DNA of 64,000 bases, from positions 1 to 64,000 of IMG/VR virus record IMGVR_UViG_3300043786_000977; one strand, written 5' to 3'. The notes beneath the pieces were generated by a model. The model saw only the letters and a list, made by a program, of their open reading frames with translations. It ran no database searches and was not told where the DNA came from. Shown here one piece after another: positions 9,500 through 19,258 of the stretch; position 1 is the first letter of the stretch, and each line of letters starts with the position of its first letter. A program made the translations under genes and the position numbers.

Positions 9500-10456
9500 A
9501 TGGATACGACACAAAACATCCCGACCCCGGTAATGAATGCAAAGATCTTGGAAGCCTTGGATCGTGACAACGTGAAGATGGCCCAGGACGCTTCTACGGA
9601 TTACACCCGTACAGGCATTCGTGAAGAGTCATTCGCGTTTAAGATTCAGCCGCCCGAGAAGGCTACTGATGACATGCTCGATCGCGCTCTCGATGAACGC
9701 TTGCAGATCATCTGGGAGTTGGAACCCGATAGCCCTGGGGCTAAGTGGGTACCGTTGCAGACAGTGCCAGACGGTGAATACATCACCGGTTCGCGGTACA
9801 TCATTCCGTTTGCACGCGTATTGACCCCGAAGTTCGTGAAGGACATCGACGAACTTCGCACCACTCGTCAGGACATTCGCAAGATTCTGACCGACAACTC
9901 CATCAAGGACGCGTTGGGCGAAATCGATAGCAAGTGGATCTCGACGGTTAACTCGATCGTGTTCGACGCGCCTGCAGCGGGCGAAGCGAACAACGAGACA
10001 GGCAAGGTTCAGTGGGTTGACTTTGCGGACGGCATCACACGCGATACCTTCGCCGAAGCCAAGAAGCTATTGCCCCGTGGTAATGCACAGGGTAAGTTCC
10101 GTCTACGCAACTACATCGCGCTGATGAACGATGTATCTGCACAGGACCTGTTGAAGCGTCCTGCAACGGATGTCGGTGACGAGATCGCCGGCGACACGTG
10201 GAAGAACGGTCTGACGACTGATACAATCATGGGCGTGAAGTGCGTCTTCACGATCAAGAGCGATTTGGTCCCGGACAACTACGTGTACTTCTTCGCGGCC
10301 CCAGAGTTCCTGGGCAAGTGTTTCTACCTGACAGACTGGACAATGTACATGAAGAAGGAAGCGTACTTCATCGAGATGTTCAGCTACTGGCTGGGTGGTT
10401 TCGCCTTCGGTAACATCGCCGGTATGGCGTTGGCGCGGTTCAATCAGAACAGCTAA
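9500..10456 (+). CDS. Major capsid protein (HK97-fold, inferred)
   Basis: 318 aa, last in protease-scaffold-decoration order, strong C-ending codon bias, followed by a terminator; VKMAQ near the N-terminus. Confidence 0.7.
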   Translation: MDTTQNIPTPVMNAKILEALDRDNVKMAQDASTDYTRTGIREESFAFKIQPPEKATDDMLDRALDERLQIIWELEPDSPGAKWVPLQTVPDGEYITGSRYIIPFARVLTPKFVKDIDELRTTRQDIRKILTDNSIKDALGEIDSKWISTVNSIVFDAPAAGEANNETGKVQWVDFADGITRDTFAEAKKLLPRGNAQGKFRLRNYIALMNDVSAQDLLKRPATDVGDEIAGDTWKNGLTTDTIMGVKCVFTIKSDLVPDNYVYFFAAPEFLGKCFYLTDWTMYMKKEAYFIEMFSYWLGGFAFGNIAGMALARFNQNS

Positions 10457-10476
10457 CCGAGGTCTGCACACGAAAC

Positions 10477-10514
10477 GGGTGGCCATGGCCAGTAGGGTCT
10501 GGCCACCCTTTTTT
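10477..10514 (+). terminator. Rho-independent terminator after the capsid gene
   Basis: gggtggcca...tggccaccc stem followed by T6. Confidence 0.85.
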
Positions 10515-10533
10515 ATTATCGACGGGAGTGAAT

Positions 10534-10965
10534 ATGAACATGGAACTCAGAGTTTCAGAACACTGGTTGAATGGATTTAACAAGGCCGCAGAGGCCATGG
10601 GTTTGACACCTGAGCAGGTACCCAGCCTATTTAGGCTGGCACAACGACTTGAAACCAGGGCCGCAGATCCTGAGACCTTCGATAAGGGTGCTGAGGCTGT
10701 GCTAAAGATGGAGAAGGTCGCGATCAATATCAAGTCACTGTTACTTTTGGGACTCGGTGGTGGCGCGGCACTGGGTGGGAGTTCGTTGATGGGTTCGTTC
10801 GGCAGATCGATGGAAGATAAGGAGTTCGCTAAACGTATGCGCCAGGCGCGTGAAATCTATTCACGTAACAAGACCCACCAGCTTTCACTAGCTTCGTTGC
10901 CGGGTATGGGAGGCGGACAGCAAGGTGGTTACGGCATGGGCGGTTACGGTCAGTATCCGTACTGA
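10534..10965 (+). CDS. Putative internal virion protein: K-x-A leader plus one glycine-rich hydrophobic segment
   Basis: WLNGFNKAA...EKVA leader then LLLLGLGGGAALGG. Start is uncertain among 10528, 10534 and 10540. Confidence 0.65.
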   Translation: MNMELRVSEHWLNGFNKAAEAMGLTPEQVPSLFRLAQRLETRAADPETFDKGAEAVLKMEKVAINIKSLLLLGLGGGAALGGSSLMGSFGRSMEDKEFAKRMRQAREIYSRNKTHQLSLASLPGMGGGQQGGYGMGGYGQYPY

Positions 10966-10978
10966 GAGGTAGCATACT

Positions 10979-11413
10979 ATGGCAGCCGCTGTTGGTAATG
11001 ATAAATTCCTGACTGATCTCGATGTCCGTATCTGGTTACGCGACAACGATCCGAATGCCAATTTGCTTTTAGCAGATTACGAATTCTCACCCGAAGAAAT
11101 ACGCACAGCGATGACGCTGGCGGCTGACTACTGGAACGAACAACCACCCAACATCGGGTGTTATGACTATACGCATTTTCCATGGCGATCGAATCTGTTA
11201 AAGGGTACTTCAGCTAACCTGCTGTTCATCGCAGCACACCGTTTCCGGCGCAACGCACTCAAGTATAATGCTGGCGGTCTGTCTGTAGGCGATCAGGATA
11301 AGCATAAAGAGTACGATGAAGCAGGAGCGCGTTTATGGGAAGAATTCAAGGTCTGGGTGGCACAGATGAAACGTGCCATTAATATTGAACGTGGTTTTGC
11401 GGTGATATCGTGA
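10979..11413 (+). CDS. Putative head-tail adaptor/neck protein
   Basis: 144 aa, helical, positioned between capsid and tail genes, GAGG RBS. Confidence 0.45.
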   Translation: MAAAVGNDKFLTDLDVRIWLRDNDPNANLLLADYEFSPEEIRTAMTLAADYWNEQPPNIGCYDYTHFPWRSNLLKGTSANLLFIAAHRFRRNALKYNAGGLSVGDQDKHKEYDEAGARLWEEFKVWVAQMKRAINIERGFAVIS

Positions 11414-12183
11414 CGGTACCTTTCACACATGTAATGATCACGCCCAGCTATGCTTCAGGCTTTGCGTATAACTGGGAATTGAGTGGCGGTTTTGTAGATC
11501 CGGTGCCGTGGGAGTTTGTTGTTCAGCAGGCGCCGGCACCTACAGGCCCGTGGACAAGCATATCGCCCAGCACGCGTATGTACCGGTGGGCAGAGCCAGT
11601 ATCACGGCAGATCAATAAGGATGCAGTCCTATATTTCCGTATACAGTTGGTCACACCCAAGGGTACTTACGTATCGAATACCGTGATGCCTTACGGAGAC
11701 TTGAAGAAGCGTGAGTATCTTATAGCCCAGGATATAATGAGGCAGGAGATACTGCACGCACGCACGTTGGCTGGTACCCCGGGACAGATTTGGTTGGTGA
11801 GTACGTTTGGGCCGAGATGCACAGTGTGCGTCGATCCTATAACAGGAGGGGTCCGTGATGCGAATTGCAAGCTATGTTTCGGCACAGGGCGTTTACCAGC
11901 ATATCATGGACCTTACGAGACGTGGTGGACATTTAGTAATCCAACGAAAACAACACAGATGTCCCCAGACGGGTCAGGTACTTTAGAACCGCGGACGTTC
12001 ACTGTGCGCATGATCGGTACACCCATTATGAAGAAGAATGATTTGGTAGTCGACAGCGGTACCGGTAAACGCTATTATGTAGACAACGTTCAAGTTGTTG
12101 CAGAAATCAGGCGTATACCGATCGTGCAGATGTTGACTGTACACGAAGCACCGCTGTCTGATGTAGCCTACAAGGTCGTGTAA
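11410..12183 (+). CDS. Putative head-closure/neck protein with CxxC...CxxC.GTG zinc finger
   Basis: RCTVC...NCKLCFGTG and C-terminal NDLVVD...RYYV beta motif; synteny. Confidence 0.45.
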   Translation: MTVPFTHVMITPSYASGFAYNWELSGGFVDPVPWEFVVQQAPAPTGPWTSISPSTRMYRWAEPVSRQINKDAVLYFRIQLVTPKGTYVSNTVMPYGDLKKREYLIAQDIMRQEILHARTLAGTPGQIWLVSTFGPRCTVCVDPITGGVRDANCKLCFGTGRLPAYHGPYETWWTFSNPTKTTQMSPDGSGTLEPRTFTVRMIGTPIMKKNDLVVDSGTGKRYYVDNVQVVAEIRRIPIVQMLTVHEAPLSDVAYKVV

Positions 12184-12869
12184 TGAGTAATCTTCCAAAT
12201 GACATTCCGGCAAAGGAGTTAATGGATGACCACGCGTATTCCGGTCATGAACTCCTGCGTCATACACGCAAAACACCGACAGTGTTATACGGTATTTTTG
12301 TCGAGCTCGCTCGTCAGTTTTATATGAAAACGGAGAATCATATACTCGGTACGCCGCTTAAATTGTGGTCCCCGGATCCGAAGGAAACTGAGATCTGGAT
12401 TGATACCGAGTATCAATGGGAAGACGAACACCCTGAAAAGCGTCCCGCAATATACGTACAATTATCACCTATCGTTTATGCATCGTTTACGGGGCGCAAG
12501 GATGGACTGACAGGCATGAATACGCGTGACGGTCAATATCACTTTAGCCGCGGAGGCACAGGCACCGTGTCCTTTGTGCATTTGGGCGGCACTGCGAGTG
12601 AAGCGTGTGCGTTGGCTGATTCTACGCTGGACTACTTCGACGCATTTGGTATGGTGATACGTGATGATTTTTGTTTTCTCTCGTTCGAGGTTAAACAAAG
12701 GATACCCAGACGGCTTAGGCCGCAGGAAGCGAAAGAACGTTACGACAGCGTCGTGGCGTGCGAATTTACTTTCCAAGACAAGTGGTCTTTGAAGGTGGAG
12801 TCGAGAAAGATGAAGGCACTATTATTTAGTGCTGGACAACGACTCCTGGATACGACTATAGTACAGTAA
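12183..12869 (+). CDS. Putative tail completion/terminator protein
   Basis: KRPAIYV motif; directly upstream of the sheath gene. Confidence 0.45.
   Translation: MSNLPNDIPAKELMDDHAYSGHELLRHTRKTPTVLYGIFVELARQFYMKTENHILGTPLKLWSPDPKETEIWIDTEYQWEDEHPEKRPAIYVQLSPIVYASFTGRKDGLTGMNTRDGQYHFSRGGTGTVSFVHLGGTASEACALADSTLDYFDAFGMVIRDDFCFLSFEVKQRIPRRLRPQEAKERYDSVVACEFTFQDKWSLKVESRKMKALLFSAGQRLLDTTIVQ
12833..12862 (+). promoter_or_regulatory. Candidate sigma-70-type promoter for sheath/tube
   Basis: TGGACA-N18-TATAGT ending 48 bp before the sheath ATG. Confidence 0.4.
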
Positions 12870-12909
12870 TGATTGGGCCAGAAACCCAGGATAAAAGAAG
12901 GAGCAGAAT

Positions 12910-15900
12910 ATGTCATATACCCTACCGCAAGTGCAGGTGTTTCAGATCTTCCGGCAGTTGCCACAGAACGTAGTCAAGAATTTGAATGCGTTCGTCTTCG
13001 GACCGCATTATCAGTTATTCCGCTACGCTGTAGCAGCTGAGAAAGAACTGATCAGCCTCGGCGCGTACGCTAAGGATGCAGATGTAACCTATCCATGGCC
13101 CAATCAACCTACAAACAGTGTTGTGGACCTTGGCTATGTGAAGCTGTATGCCGAGAACGTATGGGCCGAGTATTTGGCGATCACGGCGGGCAATGAAGCC
13201 CAGATCGTCAGTGAAGAGGAACGCAATAAGGTTCGCGTTGACGATCTTGTTTTGAAGGAAGCAAATGGGTATACCCGTTCCGCGGGCATCCTGCGTGACG
13301 TGGCTGTAGGCGATCGTGTACGTTATTCGTATACCGATCTATACGACGTCGTGCATACAGGTACCACGAAGATTGTGGGACTCGAAGCAGACATGATAGC
13401 CGCGGTCGTCGGCGATGCAGCTGCAAAGGCCTCTAACCAGGCGGACGTGACTGGCACAGCCGATCTCGATTCCGGCGCAACCGCACCTGTAACAACGCCG
13501 GCTGGTGTCATGACACTGAGTGCGGTCTACGCATTGGCAGGTATCGGATCCGATGATCAGTTCCCTGGGTTACTATCTGCGGGTGTGGTTGAAGATACAA
13601 TCACGATCACGATTACCACCGGTGGTGCCAAGGGTACAGCGCGTGCAACCGTGGCCTACGCCTCTGGTATGTACACACGCGAAAACGCGTTGATCGAAAC
13701 TGCGGGGAGCCAGGAAGGCCAGATCTACCTCGGTAACAACGTGTACCTGGAATTCGAAGCGGATTCCGGCGAAGACACCGACTTTGTGGAAGACACCGAG
13801 TTTACAGTCGAATTGGCAGCTGTCTTCACGAAGCCTGATGCCGCGACATTCGGCGTTCCGAGTGCAGATTATACAGGGACAAGCAAGACAACGTACGTGC
13901 TCGAAGTCGTCCGCGGTGGTTTGTTCGATCGCACTGTTACAGTGTCGAAGGGTCTGACCAATGTCGCCGATAAGGTGCTGAAGGTCGGTCCCGGCGATTC
14001 TACTACACCTGACTGGACCACATGGCTGGGTGGTGACTATGATGACGAGTATATCCTACGCTGCACAGGCGCAGGTAGCGTAACCGTTGCCAAGTTCACA
14101 CTGGTATCGCAACGCGGGGATAACGAGAGCACCGTGATGTTCAGTGCTGCTGACACGGATGTAACCGTCGGTAATCGGGGTCTTGTGGCTCAGTTGCCCG
14201 CAGGCACCTACAGCGTAGGCGACTACTGGGTTATCCGTGTCAACGCGTCTCGTCCGCAGATCAAGATCACTGACACGGCAGGAATCGACGCTACGCAGTT
14301 TAAGACTGTGGCTGATGCCACGTTGATGGACATCGGCGCTTACGGTGTGGAATTCACACCGGCAGCCAATTCTAACGCGGAAGGTGGCGTAGATGCCCAG
14401 GGCGGTTTGCGTCGTGGCGATGTATACTACATCACCTGCACACCGGCCGTGGTTGACGCTGTTAAGACGATGGTGTTCGCTGACTCGCTGGCATCTGGAA
14501 TCCCTGCGGGTGTGGATATTGCACTATGGTTGTACATGGTAAAGAACGGCGTCGAAGTTACCGGGAAGCGTACGCAGGTTGCACCTGATTACAACTGGCA
14601 AGGTGACGTCGACGACGGTATTACCGTCTATCAGGATCTCCAGGTCCAGGATGATTCGTGGGCAACAGAAGAGGGTGAGCATCTGTGGTTGGACGTATAC
14701 AGCGCTACGTTGTATGTCGAGTACCGTGCGTTGTTGAACAGCTACACAGACACAATCCATGTGATGACTGATGTCAGTGATGTGGCAACCACATTGGGTA
14801 CCGTGCATCCGGATAACCCGTTGGCGCAAGGCGTGTATAACGCGTTGCTGAACAGCGGTGACCGGGCCGTATACTACATGGGTGTCGTATCTGTGGATGC
14901 TGCGGGTTGGAGCAGAGCCTTGGATAAGGCGACGCTGTCGGAAGACGTCTATGTGTTCGTACCACTAACCCAGGATGCAGCCATGCTTGACCTGGTTAAG
15001 GCACACATCGATACGCTGTCGACGGAGACTGAGAAGCACTGGCGTATCGGCTTCTTCGGCGCGACAACACCTACAGAGGATCCAATTTACACCAAGGTAT
15101 CCAACCCGGCAGGGGAAGACTTCTTGGCTCAGATCGCGTTGGACTCTGAGACCGCCGAATACACGCTGTTGACATTCGTCGACGCAGACGGTGATCCTTC
15201 GACCTATACGGAAGCGTTGGACGACCTGAAGGCCGGCGACAAGGTTCGTATTAACTTCGCTACTGATGCATGGGGCGATGCCACATACGCAGAATTCGAA
15301 GTGGCTACGGTACTCACCAACACGTCGTTGCGGTTGGAAGCAGGACCGGCGAGCGCGATCGATATGCCTACGAAGGTAGAAGTTATTCACCCGTACACGT
15401 TGGCTGAAATGGCCGACGCAGTGGCGGCACAGTCGAACGGGTACTTCAGTCGTCGTATCTATAACGTCTTCCCGTCACAGTTGGGTTCGAACGGTGTGGT
15501 AATGACAGGTGAATTCGGTGCAGCCGCTGTTGCTGGTCTAGCCAGCTCGGTGCCTCCGCAGCAGCCTATCACTAACATCGAAGTCAATGGTTTCGATGAC
15601 CTACCGTTGGTTTACCAGACGTACAATCGCACACAGTTGAACAAGATGGCGGAATACGGTACCATGATCCTCATGCAGGACACTGCAGGTGGGCGGATAT
15701 ACGTACGTCACCAGGTCTCAACCCAGGCGAAGGACGGTAATCTGAATACGACTGAGTTGAGCATCACGAAGAACCTCGACTCGATCTCGTACTTCTTCGC
15801 AGCTATGTTCGCGCCTTATATTGGCCGGTACAATATCACGCCGGAACTGATTGAGGTTCTACGGACACAGTTGGTGGCCGGTCTGAATTACCTAGGCTCG

Positions 15901-16059
15901 TTGACGAGCGTCGGTAATCTGGGGCCGCAACTCAATCTCACGCAGACCGAAATTGTTGAGATGCGCCAGCACCCGTTGCTGGAGGATCATGTGGTAGCTA
16001 CGGTAAACCTTGGAATGCCGAAGCCGTTCAACGTGTTCCAGTTGAAGTTAGTGGTGTAA
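12910..16059 (+). CDS. Contractile tail sheath protein (large, with inserted beta domains)
   Basis: 1049 aa; N-terminal YTLPQVQV; C-terminal ELSITKNLDSIS...YIGRYNIT...PKPFNVFQLKLVV sheath-type motifs. Confidence 0.8.
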   Translation: MSYTLPQVQVFQIFRQLPQNVVKNLNAFVFGPHYQLFRYAVAAEKELISLGAYAKDADVTYPWPNQPTNSVVDLGYVKLYAENVWAEYLAITAGNEAQIVSEEERNKVRVDDLVLKEANGYTRSAGILRDVAVGDRVRYSYTDLYDVVHTGTTKIVGLEADMIAAVVGDAAAKASNQADVTGTADLDSGATAPVTTPAGVMTLSAVYALAGIGSDDQFPGLLSAGVVEDTITITITTGGAKGTARATVAYASGMYTRENALIETAGSQEGQIYLGNNVYLEFEADSGEDTDFVEDTEFTVELAAVFTKPDAATFGVPSADYTGTSKTTYVLEVVRGGLFDRTVTVSKGLTNVADKVLKVGPGDSTTPDWTTWLGGDYDDEYILRCTGAGSVTVAKFTLVSQRGDNESTVMFSAADTDVTVGNRGLVAQLPAGTYSVGDYWVIRVNASRPQIKITDTAGIDATQFKTVADATLMDIGAYGVEFTPAANSNAEGGVDAQGGLRRGDVYYITCTPAVVDAVKTMVFADSLASGIPAGVDIALWLYMVKNGVEVTGKRTQVAPDYNWQGDVDDGITVYQDLQVQDDSWATEEGEHLWLDVYSATLYVEYRALLNSYTDTIHVMTDVSDVATTLGTVHPDNPLAQGVYNALLNSGDRAVYYMGVVSVDAAGWSRALDKATLSEDVYVFVPLTQDAAMLDLVKAHIDTLSTETEKHWRIGFFGATTPTEDPIYTKVSNPAGEDFLAQIALDSETAEYTLLTFVDADGDPSTYTEALDDLKAGDKVRINFATDAWGDATYAEFEVATVLTNTSLRLEAGPASAIDMPTKVEVIHPYTLAEMADAVAAQSNGYFSRRIYNVFPSQLGSNGVVMTGEFGAAAVAGLASSVPPQQPITNIEVNGFDDLPLVYQTYNRTQLNKMAEYGTMILMQDTAGGRIYVRHQVSTQAKDGNLNTTELSITKNLDSISYFFAAMFAPYIGRYNITPELIEVLRTQLVAGLNYLGSLTSVGNLGPQLNLTQTEIVEMRQHPLLEDHVVATVNLGMPKPFNVFQLKLVV

Positions 16060-16066
16060 CAAATAC

Positions 16067-16092
16067 GCGGGTGGTGTATAACCACCACCCGC
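16067..16092 (+). other. Perfect 10-bp GC-rich hairpin between sheath and tube genes
   Basis: gcgggtggtg-tataac-caccacccgc with no U-tract. Confidence 0.7.
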
Positions 16093-16110
16093 TTCACAAA
16101 GGAGAATACT

Positions 16111-16626
16111 ATGGCAGGCACAGATATTTTTGGATACCTTCGGAGTCCTAAACCAGAAGGTGTGTTTTCGAGCGAAGACTCGATGTTAGTCATCGGTTCG
16201 GTGAACGCGACGTCTAAGGCGTACCTCGTCCAGCAATGGAATGTAGAATACCAACAGCAAGTACAGGAGCTATTCGAGATCGGGTCAAACCGACTCTTCT
16301 GGCAGAAGGGTCGTCCAGTCGGTCAGGGTACGATCCAGCGCGTACTGGGTGGTGCGAGCGCGGATTCAGGGACAGCAGATGGTCTATTCCCTGTGGACGC
16401 CTACGATCTGTGTAAGGGTGGCGCTACAATGACGATTAAGGCTGTAGGCGGTCACTGCCGTGATGCCGTGGCTGGCGGTATTAAGCTGAATAGTGGCGTA
16501 CGCATCGAGATGGACGGCGTAGTTATTACGTCGATCGGTTTCTCAATGTCGGTACAGGACGTGAAGCTCATGGAGAATTACAACTGGCGTTTTGGTCACT
16601 TGAAACTGGCCTCAGAGACGGCATAA
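16111..16626 (+). CDS. Tail tube protein
   Basis: 171 aa directly after the sheath; QQVQELFEIGS motif; AAGGAG RBS. Confidence 0.7.
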   Translation: MAGTDIFGYLRSPKPEGVFSSEDSMLVIGSVNATSKAYLVQQWNVEYQQQVQELFEIGSNRLFWQKGRPVGQGTIQRVLGGASADSGTADGLFPVDAYDLCKGGATMTIKAVGGHCRDAVAGGIKLNSGVRIEMDGVVITSIGFSMSVQDVKLMENYNWRFGHLKLASETA

Positions 16627-16688
16627 GTATAGTCCAGCAATAATCTGATCGGCGCTGGGACGAAATACGAAATATTCTCCCACCACTT

Positions 16689-16747
16689 ACCCAGCCCGGA
16701 TGATACGCGGTGACACGCATCTATCGTCTGGGTTGGGTTTATTTTTA
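16689..16747 (+). terminator. Long-stem terminator after the tube gene
   Basis: acccagcccggatgata / tatcgtctgggttgggt 17-bp stem with G-U pairs, then ttattttt. Confidence 0.75.
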
Positions 16748-16760
16748 GGAGTAACGACGA

Positions 16761-19247
16761 ATGTTCAGGATATCGGCAGGTTTGGGTAAAGTATTCGGCC
16801 GCGGATCCGGTCGTTCCAAAGCAATCGCGCAGACAGGTAACACGGGCCAGGACGGCATGGTAGAAGCCTTCCACGGCAGCGAACCCACTTTTGTGATCGG
16901 CACTGTCAGTCGTTCAGGGCCTGAGTGGTACGATCTGACTGTTGTCTGTGGTACCCGGGGTGAGGTCGGCTGTATTCAACTCGCTCCGATCGTCAACAAC
17001 CTATACGGCGCGTCAGTGGGTACATTACCGCCTGAGGGCAGCCGTGTACTCGTCTACATGCCGAATCCACGTCAGCGTTACGGCATTGTGGTCGGCGTCA
17101 TTCCTAACGCTAGCTCGACGCCACAAACCGATGCGACGCGTACGAAGACTGATAAAGTCTTCATGAATTTCTGGGAACTTGAATCCAACGGCAGTGTAGG
17201 CAGTGAACTGGCCTACCATAAACCGATCAGTGATAAGACGTTCATCGCGAAGCGTAACTCGAACGCGTCGCGGGCACCCGATGTGTTACCAGGGATGTAC
17301 GTGATTCAGAACGAACAGCAAGTTGGATTCGCAGTAACGCCACTTGCCGTGACCATGAAGGCCACGAACAGGGCACAGATACGTGTAGGGCTGGTCGACG
17401 ATCAGGTGCGCATTGTATGCGGTCTGATGCAGTATTACAACTCGTTGGGCGTCCTGATGGCGTTCAACGACGGTGGGTATAACACGGAAGAGCGTGGGAT
17501 CACGAGTTATCAAGGCGAGCGTGCCGGCTGCACCGACATCGGGACTGACATCTTTGCCGACGACACGAATACGTCGGTGAAGGATGGGAGCCTGCATACG
17601 CGGTATAAGAACAGCAAAGCGCGGATCATTCCGAAGAAACGGCTCCAGTCGTTTATGGGTTTCCTCGGGGATATGTTCAATTTCTTTATCGCCAAACCGG
17701 ATCCTACATTCAATCCCGAGACGGAAGCGGATGACAATAAGGATCAAGGATTACTGCAGATACATACCGACGCATCCGGCCGTGCGCTCGTCCGGTCTGC
17801 AAACGGTATCTTGTTCCAGCGTTGGGATCGTATACCTATTCCCAAACGGAAACATCAACCATACGATCCGGAAGGGGACAAGGTCGAGGCAGAAGGGCCG
17901 CCGCCACCTAAGACGCCCTTTAACTGGAACACCACCCACAAGTATGCCCGTAACCTGGAACACCGTGACGGCAACGCCTGGCGGTACCTACAGGCTTATT
18001 GGCACCTACACAACCGAGCACAGTCAACGGGGAAGAAGGACTTCTATCTGCCCGAAGAACAAGATCTGAAGGTACCAGACGAACAATACGACGGCCCCGG
18101 CAAGGGTACGGAGAAGTATGCCGAGTACGATAAGCGGCAGGCGTGTATAGCGATCGAGGAGGACGGCAGCATCATACTGCGTGACGCCTGGGGTTCGGAG
18201 ATCCTCATGCGTGGCGGTAACATCATTATCAGCGCCCATGCCCAGGCGGAAGTGCGCTCAGGTAAGAACACTGTGATCCTGGGTGGGCACGACTTGGTGT
18301 TGAAGGGCCGGCAGAGCATAGACATGACAGCCACAGAGAAAGACGTGCGCATCAAGGCGGACGGTAACCTGCACATGTTGGCCGAGGCCCGGAATGGTGG
18401 CGGTGGTGTACTGATCGAAAGCAATTCAGACGGGGATGGCGGAACCTGGGATAAGAAGGGCGAGCAGTCTCGGGGTAAAGGTATTGTGTTGAAGGCGAAG
18501 AACTCCCGGGTCTTTGCACAGGGGCGTAAGGTACATCTATCAGGGGAACGTAGTGTCATGGTTGAGACCTTCGGTGAAGACAGTGGGAAAAATGAAGGTC
18601 GTATCGAACTCAGTTCCACACGCATCAACGCCAACTCCGAGAAACAGACGATTTTAACAAGCGGTGACGAGGCAATGTTCATGCTTACGAAGTCATCTGC
18701 GTACGTCTGCGGCCGTGCAGCTTACTTGATTGCGGGTAAGAGCGCCGGCATCATTAAGAATTCCAAGTTTGCGGTGCCGTTGATGTGGGCGCCGATAGGG
18801 AGTGACCCCTATACCAATATACAACCGTCGATAGAACAAATCCACGACTACCTACAAGCTATAACGTGGTTGGCGCCTTATCAACCGACTGATCGTAAGG
18901 ATGTACGTTTCACCTATCGCACTTCGGCCGAGTATGGTACTGTAAAACCTAGTGAGATATCAGGGGCGACGAAGTTTTATGTGTACGAGGGCTTCTGGTC
19001 TTATATGGCGCGTGCTGGTGACCCGCTAGCGCCTGTGAAACCGGAACCGTGGCCTGAGTATGAGATTGACGGGACGAAGCCTTGGCCGGGCGTAGAAGCC
19101 TGGTCTGGATCGTTCGTGACACTGGACAACGAGGTCAATGTAGAGGCAGCTACAGGGATAGCGAATAAGCGGAGTGGTCTCAAGGACCATGGTGGTACCT
19201 TGACTCCGCATGAGTTCTCCGAATACGCAGTAATACCACACAGTTAA
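16761..19247 (+). CDS. Putative baseplate central spike/hub protein (gp5/VgrG-like)
   Basis: N-terminal LPPEGSRVLV OB-fold-like motif; C-terminal beta-helix-like repeats (DGSIILRDAWGSEILMRGGNIII). Confidence 0.5.
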   Translation: MFRISAGLGKVFGRGSGRSKAIAQTGNTGQDGMVEAFHGSEPTFVIGTVSRSGPEWYDLTVVCGTRGEVGCIQLAPIVNNLYGASVGTLPPEGSRVLVYMPNPRQRYGIVVGVIPNASSTPQTDATRTKTDKVFMNFWELESNGSVGSELAYHKPISDKTFIAKRNSNASRAPDVLPGMYVIQNEQQVGFAVTPLAVTMKATNRAQIRVGLVDDQVRIVCGLMQYYNSLGVLMAFNDGGYNTEERGITSYQGERAGCTDIGTDIFADDTNTSVKDGSLHTRYKNSKARIIPKKRLQSFMGFLGDMFNFFIAKPDPTFNPETEADDNKDQGLLQIHTDASGRALVRSANGILFQRWDRIPIPKRKHQPYDPEGDKVEAEGPPPPKTPFNWNTTHKYARNLEHRDGNAWRYLQAYWHLHNRAQSTGKKDFYLPEEQDLKVPDEQYDGPGKGTEKYAEYDKRQACIAIEEDGSIILRDAWGSEILMRGGNIIISAHAQAEVRSGKNTVILGGHDLVLKGRQSIDMTATEKDVRIKADGNLHMLAEARNGGGGVLIESNSDGDGGTWDKKGEQSRGKGIVLKAKNSRVFAQGRKVHLSGERSVMVETFGEDSGKNEGRIELSSTRINANSEKQTILTSGDEAMFMLTKSSAYVCGRAAYLIAGKSAGIIKNSKFAVPLMWAPIGSDPYTNIQPSIEQIHDYLQAITWLAPYQPTDRKDVRFTYRTSAEYGTVKPSEISGATKFYVYEGFWSYMARAGDPLAPVKPEPWPEYEIDGTKPWPGVEAWSGSFVTLDNEVNVEAATGIANKRSGLKDHGGTLTPHEFSEYAVIPHS

Positions 19248-19258
19248 CGAGGTATAAA

